From Octopus vulgaris (Eukaryota): DNA of 64,000 nt. The position numbers and the translations under genes were made by a program. Under the pieces are notes generated by a model that ran no database searches, was not told the origin of the DNA, and saw only the letters and a list, made by a program, of their open reading frames with translations. The stretch is taken from the NCBI GenBank assembly GCA_951406725.2, contig OX597833.1, positions 3,720,001 to 3,784,000 on the forward strand. Reading direction: 5' to 3'. Position 1 is the first letter of the stretch, and each line of letters opens with the position of its first letter. Shown one piece after another: positions 1-12,264 of this stretch.

Positions 1-1614
1 ATGTATGTATGTATGCATGTATGCATGTATGTAGCTATGTATGTATCTATGTATGTACGTCGGTTTTTGTATTTATCGATTTATAGACACACACATATGG
101 ACATGAATATATATGTACACACAGATATATATATATACGTACACGTACACACACATATATATATACGTTCACATACTTATATGTACACACGCACACACAA
201 ACAAACACACACACACACACACACACACTATAACACATGCATATATGATGCAGTCTTTGCCAAATCGAGGATGTAATTGCTCCTGGAAACACCTTTAATT
301 AAAATCATTACAACAGGTATCGGACTGAGAGTTCAGGTAACCAGATTACGACCAATGAAACCAGAATACCATTAAACCCTGTACTCAGGTACTCTAATCA
401 GACTACATTCATGCTATATATATATATGTACTTTGTCAAATGTAATGCCTAACATGTGAATTATAGTCGTAAGGGGCTGGTTAATCCCTTTCTGAATTTG
501 TTTAGTACGTAGCCCTTTGTTAATCCATCTCTTCATAGTCTCATGGCCCGAGGTGTAATCTTTCTTTTACGTTTATTTTTCTACGATGTCGAGACCGATA
601 TTGTCACATATCTCTGCACTGTCGAAAAGTCCCATACTATTGCAAAAGAACTTCTTTTTTTTAACACAGATAAATATTTTGTCGAAGAGTGCCGCCATTT
701 CAACCATATTTCATTAATATTTCTTCTTTCAATATTATTCAAAAGAGGAATTCCTTTCAACTATCCAACTCTATTTGGAGATCGAAAGAGAGCAAATTTG
801 AAAGAATAAACCAGAAAAAAAAAATATATCAATCTCTGTCGGTTTCGAGAATGACTATTTAGTTGTCCGATCAACAGAATTACCTACTCATTGAATTAGC
901 TAATAAGCCAATGAGTTTCCCACAGATACGCGTACCTCTAGAATCAACATGACAGGATGTGACAAGGCTGGATCTTCAAACAACAAACACATTCCATGCA
1001 ATTGTCTTGACATAATTACCGTCCATCTTGTTTAAGTTATTTGCCAAAGATGTCACGCAATAGGTTCGAACCCCGGAGCTTGTGATTACGAAGTGAACTA
1101 CTTAACCGTTGGGCTATGATGCTTCCATCTACAGAAACAAAATCAATTCGGTCACAAAATCTACATTTTTTAAATGGTGGCCGACATAAATGACCAGTCA
1201 TGATATCGTGGGATTAACAAATCAAAGTACATTTAATTCCAAATACCACCCAATCAGATTACAATATTGCATTCATTAACCAATCAAATAATAGCTATGT
1301 CTTTTTTTTTATCGTTTAGTCAAGAAAGAAGAATTTGGCCATAATCTCCTTCAGAGTCTGTGACGCAAGCGAAAGGCAGAGAAGAAAGGAGGGAAGTACG
1401 GATATTGAAACCCTCAAACCGGAGGCCTAGACTGGATTCTGGCAACGGAGTGGATTCTGTTAAAGCCAGACGAGAACCATGTGGTGGTATTAAACCGGAC
1501 AAAGGATTAAACCTACCACTCAAATGAGATTTGAACCGAGGACGCAAGAATTCGAGATAAACACTGCAAAACATTTCATTCAACGCATCGATGGCACTGC
1601 CATTTGGTCATGTA

Positions 1615-1832
1615 ATAATCCTTTCTATTATAGGCACAAGGCCTGAAATTTCGAAGGAGGGGGATAGTCGATTACATCGACCTCAGTACACAACTGGTAC
1701 TTATTTTATCAACCCTGAAAGGTTGAAAAGGAAAAGTCAATCTCGGCGGAATTTGAACTCAGAACGTAAAGACGGACGAAATGCTACTAAGCATTATGTC
1801 CGGCATGGTAACGATTCTGCCAGCTCGCCGCC
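1615..1832 (-). mobile_element. SINE family A
   Basis: Reverse complement of the family A head and core with the alternative ggccttgtgcctata tail. Confidence 0.85.
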
Positions 1833-1964
1833 TTTATTTGGTTATGAAATAATGATTCCGAACAATAACCAATCAATGGATAGTTTATCTCAAACAAATA
1901 AACAAGCAGAAACATTGATTGAATGTAGCAACCCAATGATATTACGGTCTACTTGTTATATTAA

Positions 1965-2381
1965 GGCTGCGAGCTGGCAGAAACGTTAGCACGCCGGGCG
2001 AAATGCTTAGCGGTATTTCGTCTGCGATACGTTGTGAGTTCAAATTCCGCCGAGGTCGAGTTTGCCTTTTATCTTTTCGGGGTCGATAAATTAAGTACCA
2101 GTTACGCACTGGGGTCTATGTAATCGACTTAATACCTATGTCTGTCCTTGTTTGTCCCCTCTGTGTTTAGCCCCTTGTGGGTAATAAAGAAATAGGCATT
2201 TCGTTTGCGTTACGTTGTGAGTTCAAATTCCGCCGAGGTCGACTTTGCCTTTCTTCCTTTCGGGGTCGATAAATTAAGTACCAGTTACGCACTGGGGTCG
2301 ATGTAATCGACTTAATACCTATGTCTGTCCTTGTTTGTCCCCTCTGTGTTTAGCCCCTTGTGGGTAATAAAGAAATAGGTA
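1965..2381 (+). mobile_element. SINE family A (head GGCGGCGAGCTGGCAGAA, core GCCTTTCATCCTTTCGGGGTCGAT) with internal tandem duplication
   Basis: tRNA-like head with GAGTTCAAATTCC B-box, a ~180-bp body repeated twice, and a 15-bp TSD tacttgttatattaa (1950-1964 / 2382-2396). Confidence 0.9.
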
Positions 2382-2464
2382 TACTTGTTATATTAAATGA
2401 ATGCAAATTCAGTCTGTGACCGGAAGCAAGGAAACTACAAAAAACGAAAACCGGAAATGCTCAC

Positions 2465-2736
2465 CATTTGAGTGGAACCATCGCTAAAGGCCATCATGAT
2501 ATCCTTTGATTGTTCGTGTGCGCTGGAATGCTGCATGATCCTGGTTCTTTTGAGTAAATAAAACGAAGAGAAGCCTATTTTGATCCAAGAACCTACTCCT
2601 TCAGACCGACTCATCCACATGCTGTTGTGATCCAGTTTCCCGTCGATGGCTTCGCCGCATGTGGTCGTGTTGCTGTACGAGGAAGAAACTCCCATACAAC
2701 GCCCGCCATTTTTACGACGAGCAACGTTAAACATGT
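2465..2736 (-). CDS. Internal exon encoding a discoidin/F5-8 type C (galactose-binding-like) domain
   Basis: 272-bp exon between acceptor ttcctcccaattcaaccag| (2737) and donor |GTGAGC (2464). Translation MFNVARRKNGGRCMGVSSSYSNTTTCGEAIDGKLDHNSMWMSRSEGVGSWIKIGF...FSDGSTQM has the SS-Y...AIDG...W...WI-I-F pattern of this fold. Downstream exon(s) not located in the window. Confidence 0.8.
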
Positions 2737-2844
2737 CTGGTTGAATTGGGAGGAAAAAATAAATTAGAAACGAAAAACAAAATGGAAGAAAAATAGGGGG
2801 AAAAAGATGTAGGAAATGTAATAAGTAATTAAAATAACAATGCT

Positions 2845-2869
2845 TTCTCTCTCTCTTTCTTTCTTTTTT

Positions 2870-2937
<68 letters not shown>

Positions 2938-3043
2938 TCCTTCTTTCTTTCTTTCTTTCCTTCCTTCTTTCTTTCTTTCTTTCTTTCCTTTCGTTCTCTC
3001 TTTCTTTCTTTCTTTCTTTCCTCCTTTCTTTCTTTCTTTCTTC

Positions 3044-3086
<43 letters not shown>

Positions 3087-3190
3087 ACTCTCGTTCCTTC
3101 CTTCGTTCCTTCCTTTCTTCCTGCCTTCCTTCCTTCTTTCCTTCCTTTTTTCCTTTCCTCCTTCCCTTCTTCCTTCCTTTCTCTCTCTCT
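2845..3190. repeat. (TTTC)n/(TTCC)n microsatellite in intron
   Basis: Direct inspection. Confidence 0.97.
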
Positions 3191-3492
3191 TACACATTTG
3201 TGAATACGTATGCATGTATGTATGTATGTGTGGGCATGTACGTATATATATATATATATACGTGTGTGTCCATGTGTGTGTGCGCACACACATGTTAATG
3301 TGTCTGCTCATCATCAGACTTCCAGTCGTTATCAAAGGAACCAATCTGTTTATTGACTCAAACCCGTAATATTCCGTTGACACTTAACGTTTTACTTAAC
3401 GCGATATTATGTGACAAGACATGGCTTCCGAACCACAACAACAATTCAACTATTAAACATTTCCAAATATTTTCCCTTGCCTAATTTTGTGA

Positions 3493-3762
3493 AGGCGCGT
3501 GGCTCAGTGGTTTGAGCTTTGCACTCAAAGTCATAAGATTATGGTTTCGATTCCCGAACCATGCGATATGTTGCTCTTGAGCAAAACATTTCATTTCCCG
3601 TTGCTCCAGCTCATTCCGTTGCATGTGAATCCCAATAGTACCAGGGAAGTTAACTTTGCGACGGACTGGCGTCCCGTACAGGGGTAAAAGTGTTGTAATC
3701 TTCTCCCTTATAGACCGCGGTGACTGGATTAAGGTCCTGCCTTATGAGTCCTAGGGGACATG
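3493..3762 (+). mobile_element. tRNA-derived CORE-type SINE
   Basis: GGCGCGTGGCTCAGTGG A-box, GGTTTCGATTCC B-box-like motif, cttgagcaaaacattt core-like motif. Confidence 0.75.
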
Positions 3763-4027
3763 ACAGAGCTGAATCTTTAGTCAAATTTTTGTCCACAAGG
3801 ATTGGAACCGACCATGGTAGAAAACATTTTACTGTGGTGACGAGCAATGGAATCGAACGCATAAATTCGTGATTGAAAATCGAATTTGTAAACCACTCAG
3901 CGATGCACCCAGCGTATATAATGTATACATACACACACAAACACACAGTGATAAGCACAAACACACACAGGAGCAATTATTCTCCGTACTTAGACGTTTA
4001 CTTGGAATGATTCAAGACGAAACTCAC

Positions 4028-4085
4028 GTATTGCCGACGCCAAATCCAGAAGTGGAAGAATCGCAATGAAGGACCGGAGAAACAT
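4028..4085 (-). CDS. First coding exon (signal peptide MFLRSFIAILPLLDLASAI) of a secreted discoidin/F5-8C-like protein; whole exon including 5'UTR is 4028-4150
   Basis: Minus strand: a long polypyrimidine tract ends in ttttag| at 4151, the ATG is at 4085, 19 mostly hydrophobic codons end in ASA-I, and 1 further nt precedes a GTGAGT donor at 4027. Phase 1 matches the next exon. Too short for the ORF track. Confidence 0.75.
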
Positions 4086-4298
4086 TTTGGAACAGAAACC
4101 TTCGGACGATTAAATTCTTGGGATTACTTTCCAAAGTTTAAAAAAATCGTCTAAAAGAAAAAAAAAAAAAGGAAAAAAATTAATGAAGTAGACAATCAGA
4201 AATTTAAAGGAGAATACGCAGATGACGACGACGACGACGACAACAACAACAACAACAATAACAATAACAATAACAACAACAACAACAACAACAACAAC

Positions 4299-4349
<51 letters not shown>

Positions 4350-4354
4350 CATAA

Positions 4355-4640
4355 TAATCCTTTCTATTAAAGCCACAAGGCCTGAAATTTGGGGGTAGGA
4401 AGTTAAGCCGATTACATCGACCCCAGTACTCAACTGGTACTTAATTTATCGACCTCGAAAGGATGAAAGGCAAAGTCGACCTCGGCGGAAATTGAACTCA
4501 GAATGTAGCGACGAGCGAAATACCTATTTCTTTACTACCCACAAGGGGCTAAACACGGAGGGGACAAACAAGGACAGACGAACGGATTAAGTCGATTACA
4601 TCGACCCCAGTGCGTAACTGGTACTTGTTTAATCGACCCC
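4355..4640 (-). mobile_element. SINE family A, 5'-truncated dimer
   Basis: Family A core sequence twice; an (AAT)n tract is adjacent. Confidence 0.85.
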
Positions 4641-4670
4641 GATTTCAGTGTTATTCTGACTTCATCAGCG
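4641..4670 (-). ncRNA. Hammerhead core truncated by a SINE
   Basis: Minus: cg CTGATGA agt-cagaataac-act GAAA tc, then SINE A sequence. Confidence 0.45.
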
Positions 4671-4974
4671 AAGCATAAACTTCACTGTACATACAGAATC
4701 AGGAACGGAATCTTTGCTAAATAAATATGGACTAATGTACGTTTTACAAATGATGTAGTGTGTCTGTGGCAGGATATAAATTCTGAAACCATGGAATTGG
4801 TGATGGGAATCGTCTGGTTTAGAAAATATTTTGTCTTTAAAAAAACACCAATGAACATATAACAGGTTTCATAAATGTCCTTGTGAGAGAGTTCTGCGCA
4901 TTCAAATGGTTTCGTACGTGAAACTATAAACGCATGCACAGACATCCTGTATATGAATAAGCATTAAACATCTC

Positions 4975-5063
<89 letters not shown>

Positions 5064-5174
5064 ACACACACACACACATGTACATATATGATATATATAT
5101 TCTTTCATTCGTTTATGCATCTAAGCCTACAGGTTGTGGCCATGCTGGTGCACCGCCAATCTTACAACTTTTCC

Positions 5175-5395
5175 AATGGCTATTCTTTTATGATCAGTGC
5201 CTCCTTTTTGGATTCCTGGCCATGAACCTATAGGTTCATCTGGGACCTCGGACAGCAGGAGGTTAAGTTGTTTCTTGAAAATATCTCCCCCTAATCCATG
5301 TAGACCTCTCAGATGTTTTGCTAAGATATTGAATAGCCGTGGGCCTTTAAATCCCAAGCTATTGTAGTACATTATCCTCTCTCTAGACGCCATTA
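5175..5395 (-). mobile_element. CR1/L2-group LINE 3' ORF2 fragment
   Basis: [20 protein letters not shown]...[16 protein letters not shown]. Confidence 0.8.
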
Positions 5396-5399
5396 ACCA

Positions 5400-5433
5400 T
5401 GTATGTGTGTGTATATACATACATATATATATA

Positions 5434-5500
<67 letters not shown>

Positions 5501-5518
5501 ATATATACATATATAAAT

Positions 5519-5549
<31 letters not shown>

Positions 5550-5608
5550 TACATATATATATATATAAATATATATACATATATATATGTATATATATAC
5601 ATACATAC

Positions 5609-5639
<31 letters not shown>

Positions 5640-5733
5640 AATATATATACATATATATATGTATATATATACATACATACATATATATATACATATACAT
5701 ATATATATAAATATATATAAATATATATACATG

Positions 5734-5801
<68 letters not shown>

Positions 5802-5808
5802 TATATAT
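5400..5808. repeat. Compound (TA)n/(TACA)n microsatellite
   Basis: Direct inspection. Similar tracts at 18480-19030, 21685-21905, 24447-24560, 38276-38437, 52223-52500, 56117-56430 and 61230-61642. Confidence 0.97.
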
Positions 5809-5944
5809 TTCGAATTTGTGTAAATGTGTATAGAATAATATATCAGTTGAATAAAGTTACATGGTCTAGTTTTCACGTTTTCTTTTTTGCAATGCTGAAG
5901 TTTGTTAAACATTAAAAGCAGATTTAGTAATGTTCATAAAGTTC

Positions 5945-5983
5945 AATTAACGCTTTCATACGTTCGTAGTAATCATCAGATTT
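5945..5983 (-). ncRNA. Minimal type I hammerhead ribozyme motif
   Basis: Minus: aat CTGATGA t-tac-tacgaac-gta-t GAAA gcgt TA att. Confidence 0.6.
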
Positions 5984-5997
5984 CAAAGTGTATTGAC

Positions 5998-6169
5998 TGA
6001 CGGTTGAGTTGAGTGAGTGACAACTGTAACGAAATGACTGACTTCTTCCTTTCTATAGTTTTTAGAAGGCTCCAACAAGCTGAATTTTTCGAATGAGCCT
6101 TCTAAAAGGTATAAAAAGGAAGAAGTCAGTCATTTTGCTACAGTTGTCAAGAACTTGACTCAACTGTTA
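5998..6169. repeat. Long imperfect inverted repeat (~75-bp arms, ~22-nt loop)
   Basis: tgacaactgtaacgaaatgactgacttcttcctttctatagtttttagaaggctc pairs with gagccttctaaaaggtataaaaaggaagaagtcagtcattttgctacagttgtca, with an outer extension. Confidence 0.92.
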
Positions 6170-6197
6170 TGTGTGTGTATATATATATATATATATA

Positions 6198-6505
6198 TCA
6201 CGTGATCACGTGACCGACCAGACCATCAGATGTTGTTACACATCGCTGGTCACAATACGTTCCCATTGTTTTAGCCTTCGAATGACGCCACCCCGCTGGC
6301 TAAGCGAGCAGGCCAATAGAAGAAAGAGTGGGAGAAAGTTGCGGCGAAAGAGTACAGCAGGGATCGCCACCACCCCCTGCCGGAGCCACGTGGACCCTTA
6401 GGTGTTTTCGCTCAATAAACACTCACAACGCCCGGTCTGGGAATCGAAACCGCGATCCTGCGACCGCGAGTCCGCTGCCCCAACCACTGGGCCATTGCGC
6501 CTCCA

Positions 6506-6506
<1 letters not shown>
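6198..6506 (-). mobile_element. SINE family B (tRNA head GGAGGCGCAATGGCCCAGTGGTT), tail type 1
   Basis: A-box TGGCCCAGTGG and B-box-like GGTTTCGATTCC; head shared with 17090 and 30525. Confidence 0.85.
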
Positions 6507-6591
<85 letters not shown>

Positions 6592-6596
6592 TACAT

Positions 6597-7050
6597 GGTG
6601 GCTGGCCCCTCGTTATCGAGTATGGCCATTGCACAAAGCTTAATCAAAGTTGTTATCGTACAATGCCTGTGCAAGAAGATTTTTTGTAAAGTGAGGAAAG
6701 GCTGTGCACTGAGTCAATCCCACTCACTAAGCAACAGCAGCCATAATCCGAAAAGAAGAGCAAGTCAACATCATCGGTAACCACTGAGCCGCAGGTTTTA
6801 TGTCGGAGTTATTCCAGCTACCTGAATTGCCTTCTCCCTGAAGGATGCCCTAACAAAGGCTAGAAGTCCTTCACTCCCAATGGTTTAACCGCGCGATCGG
6901 GTATTCAGTCCGATTAAGACATTTATTGGATGGCCGTTCACTCTCAAGAGTTCCTCTACCCTTTGACGGGTTTTGTTTTTCATCCCGCAGGGTGTCCAAT
7001 AAACACCCTCCCCACCAAGCTTGCTTGGTGGGGGTTGCCAGTTTAGCGCT
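6597..7050 (-). mobile_element. Structured repeat, probably the 5' region of an RTE-type retroelement or a derived non-autonomous element
   Basis: GC-richer block with adjacent hairpins (ccccaccaagc/gcttggtgggg; agggtgt/acaccct). Family assignment rests on recalled similarity only. Confidence 0.4.
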
Positions 7051-7529
7051 TACATACATGTGAATGATATGAATACATGAGGGGATGAAGACAATTCACA
7101 CAAGAAGATCTCATCACGTGGGTATGCAAAGTAAAACCCTTAATCAGACACACATATACGCATAAACATGCCATACAGACGCGAACAAACGCACATACAC
7201 ACATATATATAGACACAGGCTCACACGTATGTATATAGGGTGTGTCAAAATATCAGCAATACGTTTGAAACACGATTAGACTTTAAGTGGATTAATCTTA
7301 AAGAATTAATATTCAGAAATATATTAAAAATCTTAGCTCCTCCGCAATGACTTTAAGACATACCACACACATAAAACACACACACACACACACAAACAAA
7401 CAAACACACACACACACATAAAACACACACGCACACACATACACACACACACATCTGTCTCTCGTAGTCAAAGAGCCGGAGCTTAACCCAGCTTACACCA
7501 TACATACGTACATATGTGTGTATATATAG

Positions 7530-7560
<31 letters not shown>

Positions 7561-7585
7561 TATATATAAATATGTAAGTTTGTAT

Positions 7586-7632
<47 letters not shown>

Positions 7633-8279
7633 AGAAAAAAGTTGCCAGAATTTTGGAAAGAAATCTTTAAAAAAAAATGTTTTTTCCAAAATTCTGATGA
7701 CCTTTTTTTTTCTCAATATTCAATATCTGTACACCACACCTAACACTCCATCCATCCATCCATCCATCCATCCATCCATCCATCCATCCATCCATCCATC
7801 CATCCATCCATCCATACATACATACATACATACATACATACATACATACATGCATACATACATATATTTATATACACAAGCACACACACACATATATGCA
7901 TATACACATTTATACATGTATATACACATAAACACACACACACACACAAGCCTGCGCATGCGTTTGTGCGCGCGATCGCGTTGTTCAGGTGGACAGCTAT
8001 TCAATTACAAGTTCGTAGCGGGAGACGATTTTATCAGATAAAATATCTACAAAGAAATGCTTGTAATGCCTGCGGAATTACAGGCACACGTGTATGTATG
8101 TACGTATGTATGTATGTGTGAGTGTTGGTGTACATACGTGTGTGCGTGTGTGCGTGTGCCTTTTGTGTATTCAAATAGGGAACGGTATTTTGTTTTTCAA
8201 AGACGACTGTGTTTTGATTTTGAATTATATTAAGAATGGTACATATTTCCTTAATCCTCCTTTATTTTGGTCTCAAAGT

Positions 8280-8482
8280 TTGGCACAAGGCCAGCAAGTT
8301 TTGGTGGAGGGTGCTAGTCGATATTTCGACCCCAGTGTTCAACTGGTACTTAATTTAACGACCTCCGAAAGAATAAAAGGCAAAGTCGACCTCGGCGGAT
8401 TTTGAATCCAGAACGAAATGCCGTACGAAATGCAGCTAAGCACTTTACCTGGCGTGTTAACGATTCTGCCAGCTCGCCGCTT
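8280..8482 (-). mobile_element. SINE family A
   Basis: Matches the family A head and core. Confidence 0.8.
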
Positions 8483-8807
8483 TTATATTTTCCTTTATAT
8501 TAGCTCTGGAACAATAACATCAGCCTCAATCCATTAAAACCGACATTTCGAGACTTAGAAAATCATTTCTAAAAATTATCTATTGTACTGCAATCCAATC
8601 TGCGCGTTCTTTAGTAAATTGCAAAGGTTCTTGGGAATAATTTTCTAACCAAAAATCATGAACGCCGTAGAAGTGGCTGTGTGGTAAGTAGCTTGCTTAC
8701 CAACCACAAACATTCACTCACACGCACATATGTAAATCTACGTAGTAGACATGCAGAGATATCAGTTTTATATATCTTTCTGTAGTTATAAAAAAATTAT
8801 AGATTGT

Positions 8808-8848
8808 TATAATCGAGTTTCGACATTTATTGAAGTGTCATCAGCGAT
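8808..8848 (-). ncRNA. Hammerhead-like motif, partly decayed
   Basis: Minus: tcg CTGATGA cacttcaataaatgtc GAAA ctcgat TA. The core is intact but stem I is not convincing. Confidence 0.5.
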
Positions 8849-10234
8849 GTCTGTATCATTAGTTCAATCTAAGACAAACGAGCAACCAATCCGTTTATAT
8901 GCACATAAAATCTCGCAGCTTAAGAGAACTGAGATTGCTAATTTGCATACCATTAATGTTTAACGCTTTAATTAAAATCGGTGTATTGCCAGCTTAGAAA
9001 CCCAGTCCACACAGTATCAAGGTAAGATACATTCTCACACGCAAGCTTACCATTGTTCTTTCGTCCTCAATATAAACAAGACGATATGGCATCAGCACTC
9101 AAAGATGGCGCTTAAATAAGAAAAAAAAACTGGCGAAGCGCAAAAAATAAGAACAAACAAACGAACAATGATGTCTGCCAAACTATCGGTTACCAGACAA
9201 ATGGAACTTTACTGTAATTTGACAAAATGAACGCAGCAGACTATCAAGAAAGATAAATGATTTCGAAACTTCACAATTGGAAGATAATAATAGAGATGTT
9301 ACATAATTCTTCGTTTTACAGATGGAAATAAAGCGACGAAGATGGCGTCCAAACTATGTCACTGTGTGTGAAACTGTGTGAAAATTGTGAGAATGACTTC
9401 GAGACATTAATATTGTGACAGAGAACATTTTCGTTTCTAAAACATTCAGCTAAACAATAAAAACATCATTTAGTACCATTAACACATTTAGGGAGCCAAC
9501 AATAACATGTGGTTTTTATAGAACCGGACTGAAAAATAAAATGTCTAGATTTCATCGACCGTAACACTAGGAATGTTCTGAAAGGAGGAAGATATATTAC
9601 ATAAGTCTGACATCCAACGATTAAATATCCTGTATAAAGGGAAGAGGTAGGGGTCTATTGAATGTTAGGGAACAGTTTCAGAAAGCAGGCATGGACGTTG
9701 TGCTTTGCCTTTCCATTTTACAAAAGTATATCTATTAAGTTGTCGGAGAAATTCCTTCGCTTTTTTTTTCTTCCCCATTTGACATTTCATCATCATATAT
9801 TTATCTTTTATTCGTTTCAGTCATTAGACTGCGGCCATGCTGGGGCACCGACTTCAAGAATTTTAGACGAATGAATCGACTTCAGTGTTAATTATTTTTT
9901 AAAGCCTGGTACATACTCCATCGGTCTCTTTTGCCGAACCGCTAAATTACACACCAACATCGGTCGACTTTGCCTTTCATTCTTTCGGGGTCGATAAAAT
10001 AAGCACCAGTTGATCACTGACGATCGATGTAATCGATTTATCCCTCTTCCTGAAATTGCTGGCTTTGTGCCAAAATTTGAAACTGATATGCTAGCCTATA
10101 CTATTTACACGGCTCATCGCGCAGATCCGTCTCTTACGTCGGCTTTTAAAGTTTCTTTGATTATTATGCTTAATTTTTAGAACTACAGTAAATGAAACAC
10201 AGGCAGGATGTTTAATTGAATAACAATGATAATA

Positions 10235-11015
10235 AACCTTTCTGCTCTAGATAAAGGACCTGAAATTTGGTGGGAGCGAACCAGTTGATTACATCAATTA
10301 CATTAACTGGTCCTTATTCCATCGATTTGGGGAGGACGAAAGACAAAGTCGAACTCAGAGCGTGAAGACATATGAAATGCTAAGCGGCATTTCACCTGGA
10401 TTGCTTAACGATTTTGCCCGCTCGCAGCCCTGATAATCCTTTCTACTATAGGTACAAGGCCTGGACTTTGAAGGGAAGGGGATTAGTCAATTACAATAAC
10501 CCCAGTGTTTCTCTGGTACTTATTTCATTGAACTCGAAACGATGTTAGGCAAAATCGATCTCGGCGGAATTTGAACTCAGAACGTAGTGACGGGTGAAAT
10601 ACCTATTTCTTTACTACCCACAAGGGGCTAAACACAGAGGGGACAAACAAGGACAGACACACGGATTAAGTCGATTACATCGACCCCAGTGCGTAACTGG
10701 TACTTATTTAATCGACCCCGAAAGGATGAAAGGCAAAGTCGACCTCGGCGGAATATGAACTCAGAACGTAACCGCTGAAGAAATACCTATTTCTTTACTA
10801 CCCACAAGGGGCCAAACACAGAAGGGACAAACAAGGACAGACAAACGGATTAAGTCGATTACATCGACCCCAGTGCGTAACTGGTACTTATGTAATCGAC
10901 CCCGAAAGGATGAAAAGCAAAGTCGACCTCTGCATAATTTGAACTAAGAACGTAGCGGTAGACGAAATACCGCTAAGCATTTCGTCCGGCGTGCTAACGT
11001 TTCTGCCAGCTCGCT
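10235..11015 (-). mobile_element. SINE family A cluster (old degenerate copy plus a copy with three tandem body units)
   Basis: Body unit repeated at a ~180-bp period over 10435-11015. Confidence 0.85.
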
Positions 11016-11347
11016 TCCAATCGTGCCATTCCATAGTGTTCTAGTGTATTCTTCCCTTTTCAAGCTGTTCAAAAAATTGTGCCACCCACCGCCTTTCTAT
11101 GACGAAATCTTGCCAGATTCTGGCCCTTCCGCCCTATGCCTTCACCCACTTCTTCAGAAACATTCCATCCCTATCCCCAGGGTCCTCTCAACACCCCGTT
11201 TATATTGAATAGCAACGAGGTTAGTTCTCACTTTAATTACTAAAAAACCTTCAGAATTCTATCAATTTTACTTTTCTTTCCTTCTATTTCTATCTCTCCC
11301 GTCTGTGGGAAAGTTACGCACGATTGTATATTCTTGTATATGTATAT

Positions 11348-11386
<39 letters not shown>

Positions 11387-12057
11387 GAGTTTACACATTT
11401 TATTTATATATATATATATACACATATATATATACACATGTATTTATATGTACACACACACACATACACACACACATATATATAGATAGATAAATAGATA
11501 GATATACATATGTATTTATATAGTGAAGGTTGTGTGTTTGTGTATGCCTTTATCGTACACACACACACACATATACATATATATATATATATACATTTAT
11601 ATATATATACATACATATATAAAGGATATGTGTGTGTATGAGCATGCGTATGCATGCATGTGCGTTTATATACGTATATACGTATGTGTTATGGATGTAT
11701 GCGCATGTATGCACGTGGGTGAGCATATATATATATAAGCTAGTGTATGAATGCGTATATATGTAAATGGTGAGTGATGGATGAAACCCGAATGTGTGCA
11801 ACTGGTTTTGTGATATAGTACGTATGTATGGCAGTGGTTGTTTCTATGTTTACATATATGTATATGTATATTTATATATATGTACATACTGTACGTCTGC
11901 ATGTATGTATAGATACAGGCAGGCGATGTTGTGGATGTATTTATGTTTATTTGTGTATGGTTGAAAACATAAACGAGTTTACTGTGTGAAAAGTGTGAGA
12001 GAGGATTGAGTATGGAATGTGACCAGTAAATGGTTGTCCCTGCAAAAGTACTGTTGC

Positions 12058-12089
<32 letters not shown>

Positions 12090-12153
12090 ATGATGCAAAT
12101 GATGATGATGATGATGATGATGATGCTGATGCTGATGCAAATGACGATGATGG

Positions 12154-12191
<38 letters not shown>

Positions 12192-12213
12192 GTGAAGATG
12201 ATGATGATGATGG

Positions 12214-12264
<51 letters not shown>

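Noticed and set aside
305-410. Degenerate long-helix hammerhead on the minus strand (CTGATTA...GATA)
   Set aside because: Both core strands are mutated; too weak to call.
540-810. Candidate next exon of the discoidin-like gene
   Set aside because: No frame after a plausible acceptor resembles the expected C-terminal strands of the domain.
1965-2060. tRNA genes at SINE heads (also 3493, 17090, 30525, 54500)
   Set aside because: A/B boxes continue into SINE bodies with TSDs, and no complete cloverleaf is evident.
2435-3289. 284-aa ORF as a single CDS
   Set aside because: Only 2465-2736 is coding; the KERK repeat part is intronic (TTTC)n.
7235-7300. Single Tc1/mariner-like terminus (tatagggtgtgtcaaaa); hAT-like start at ~32044
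   Set aside because: No matching second terminus or TSD found.
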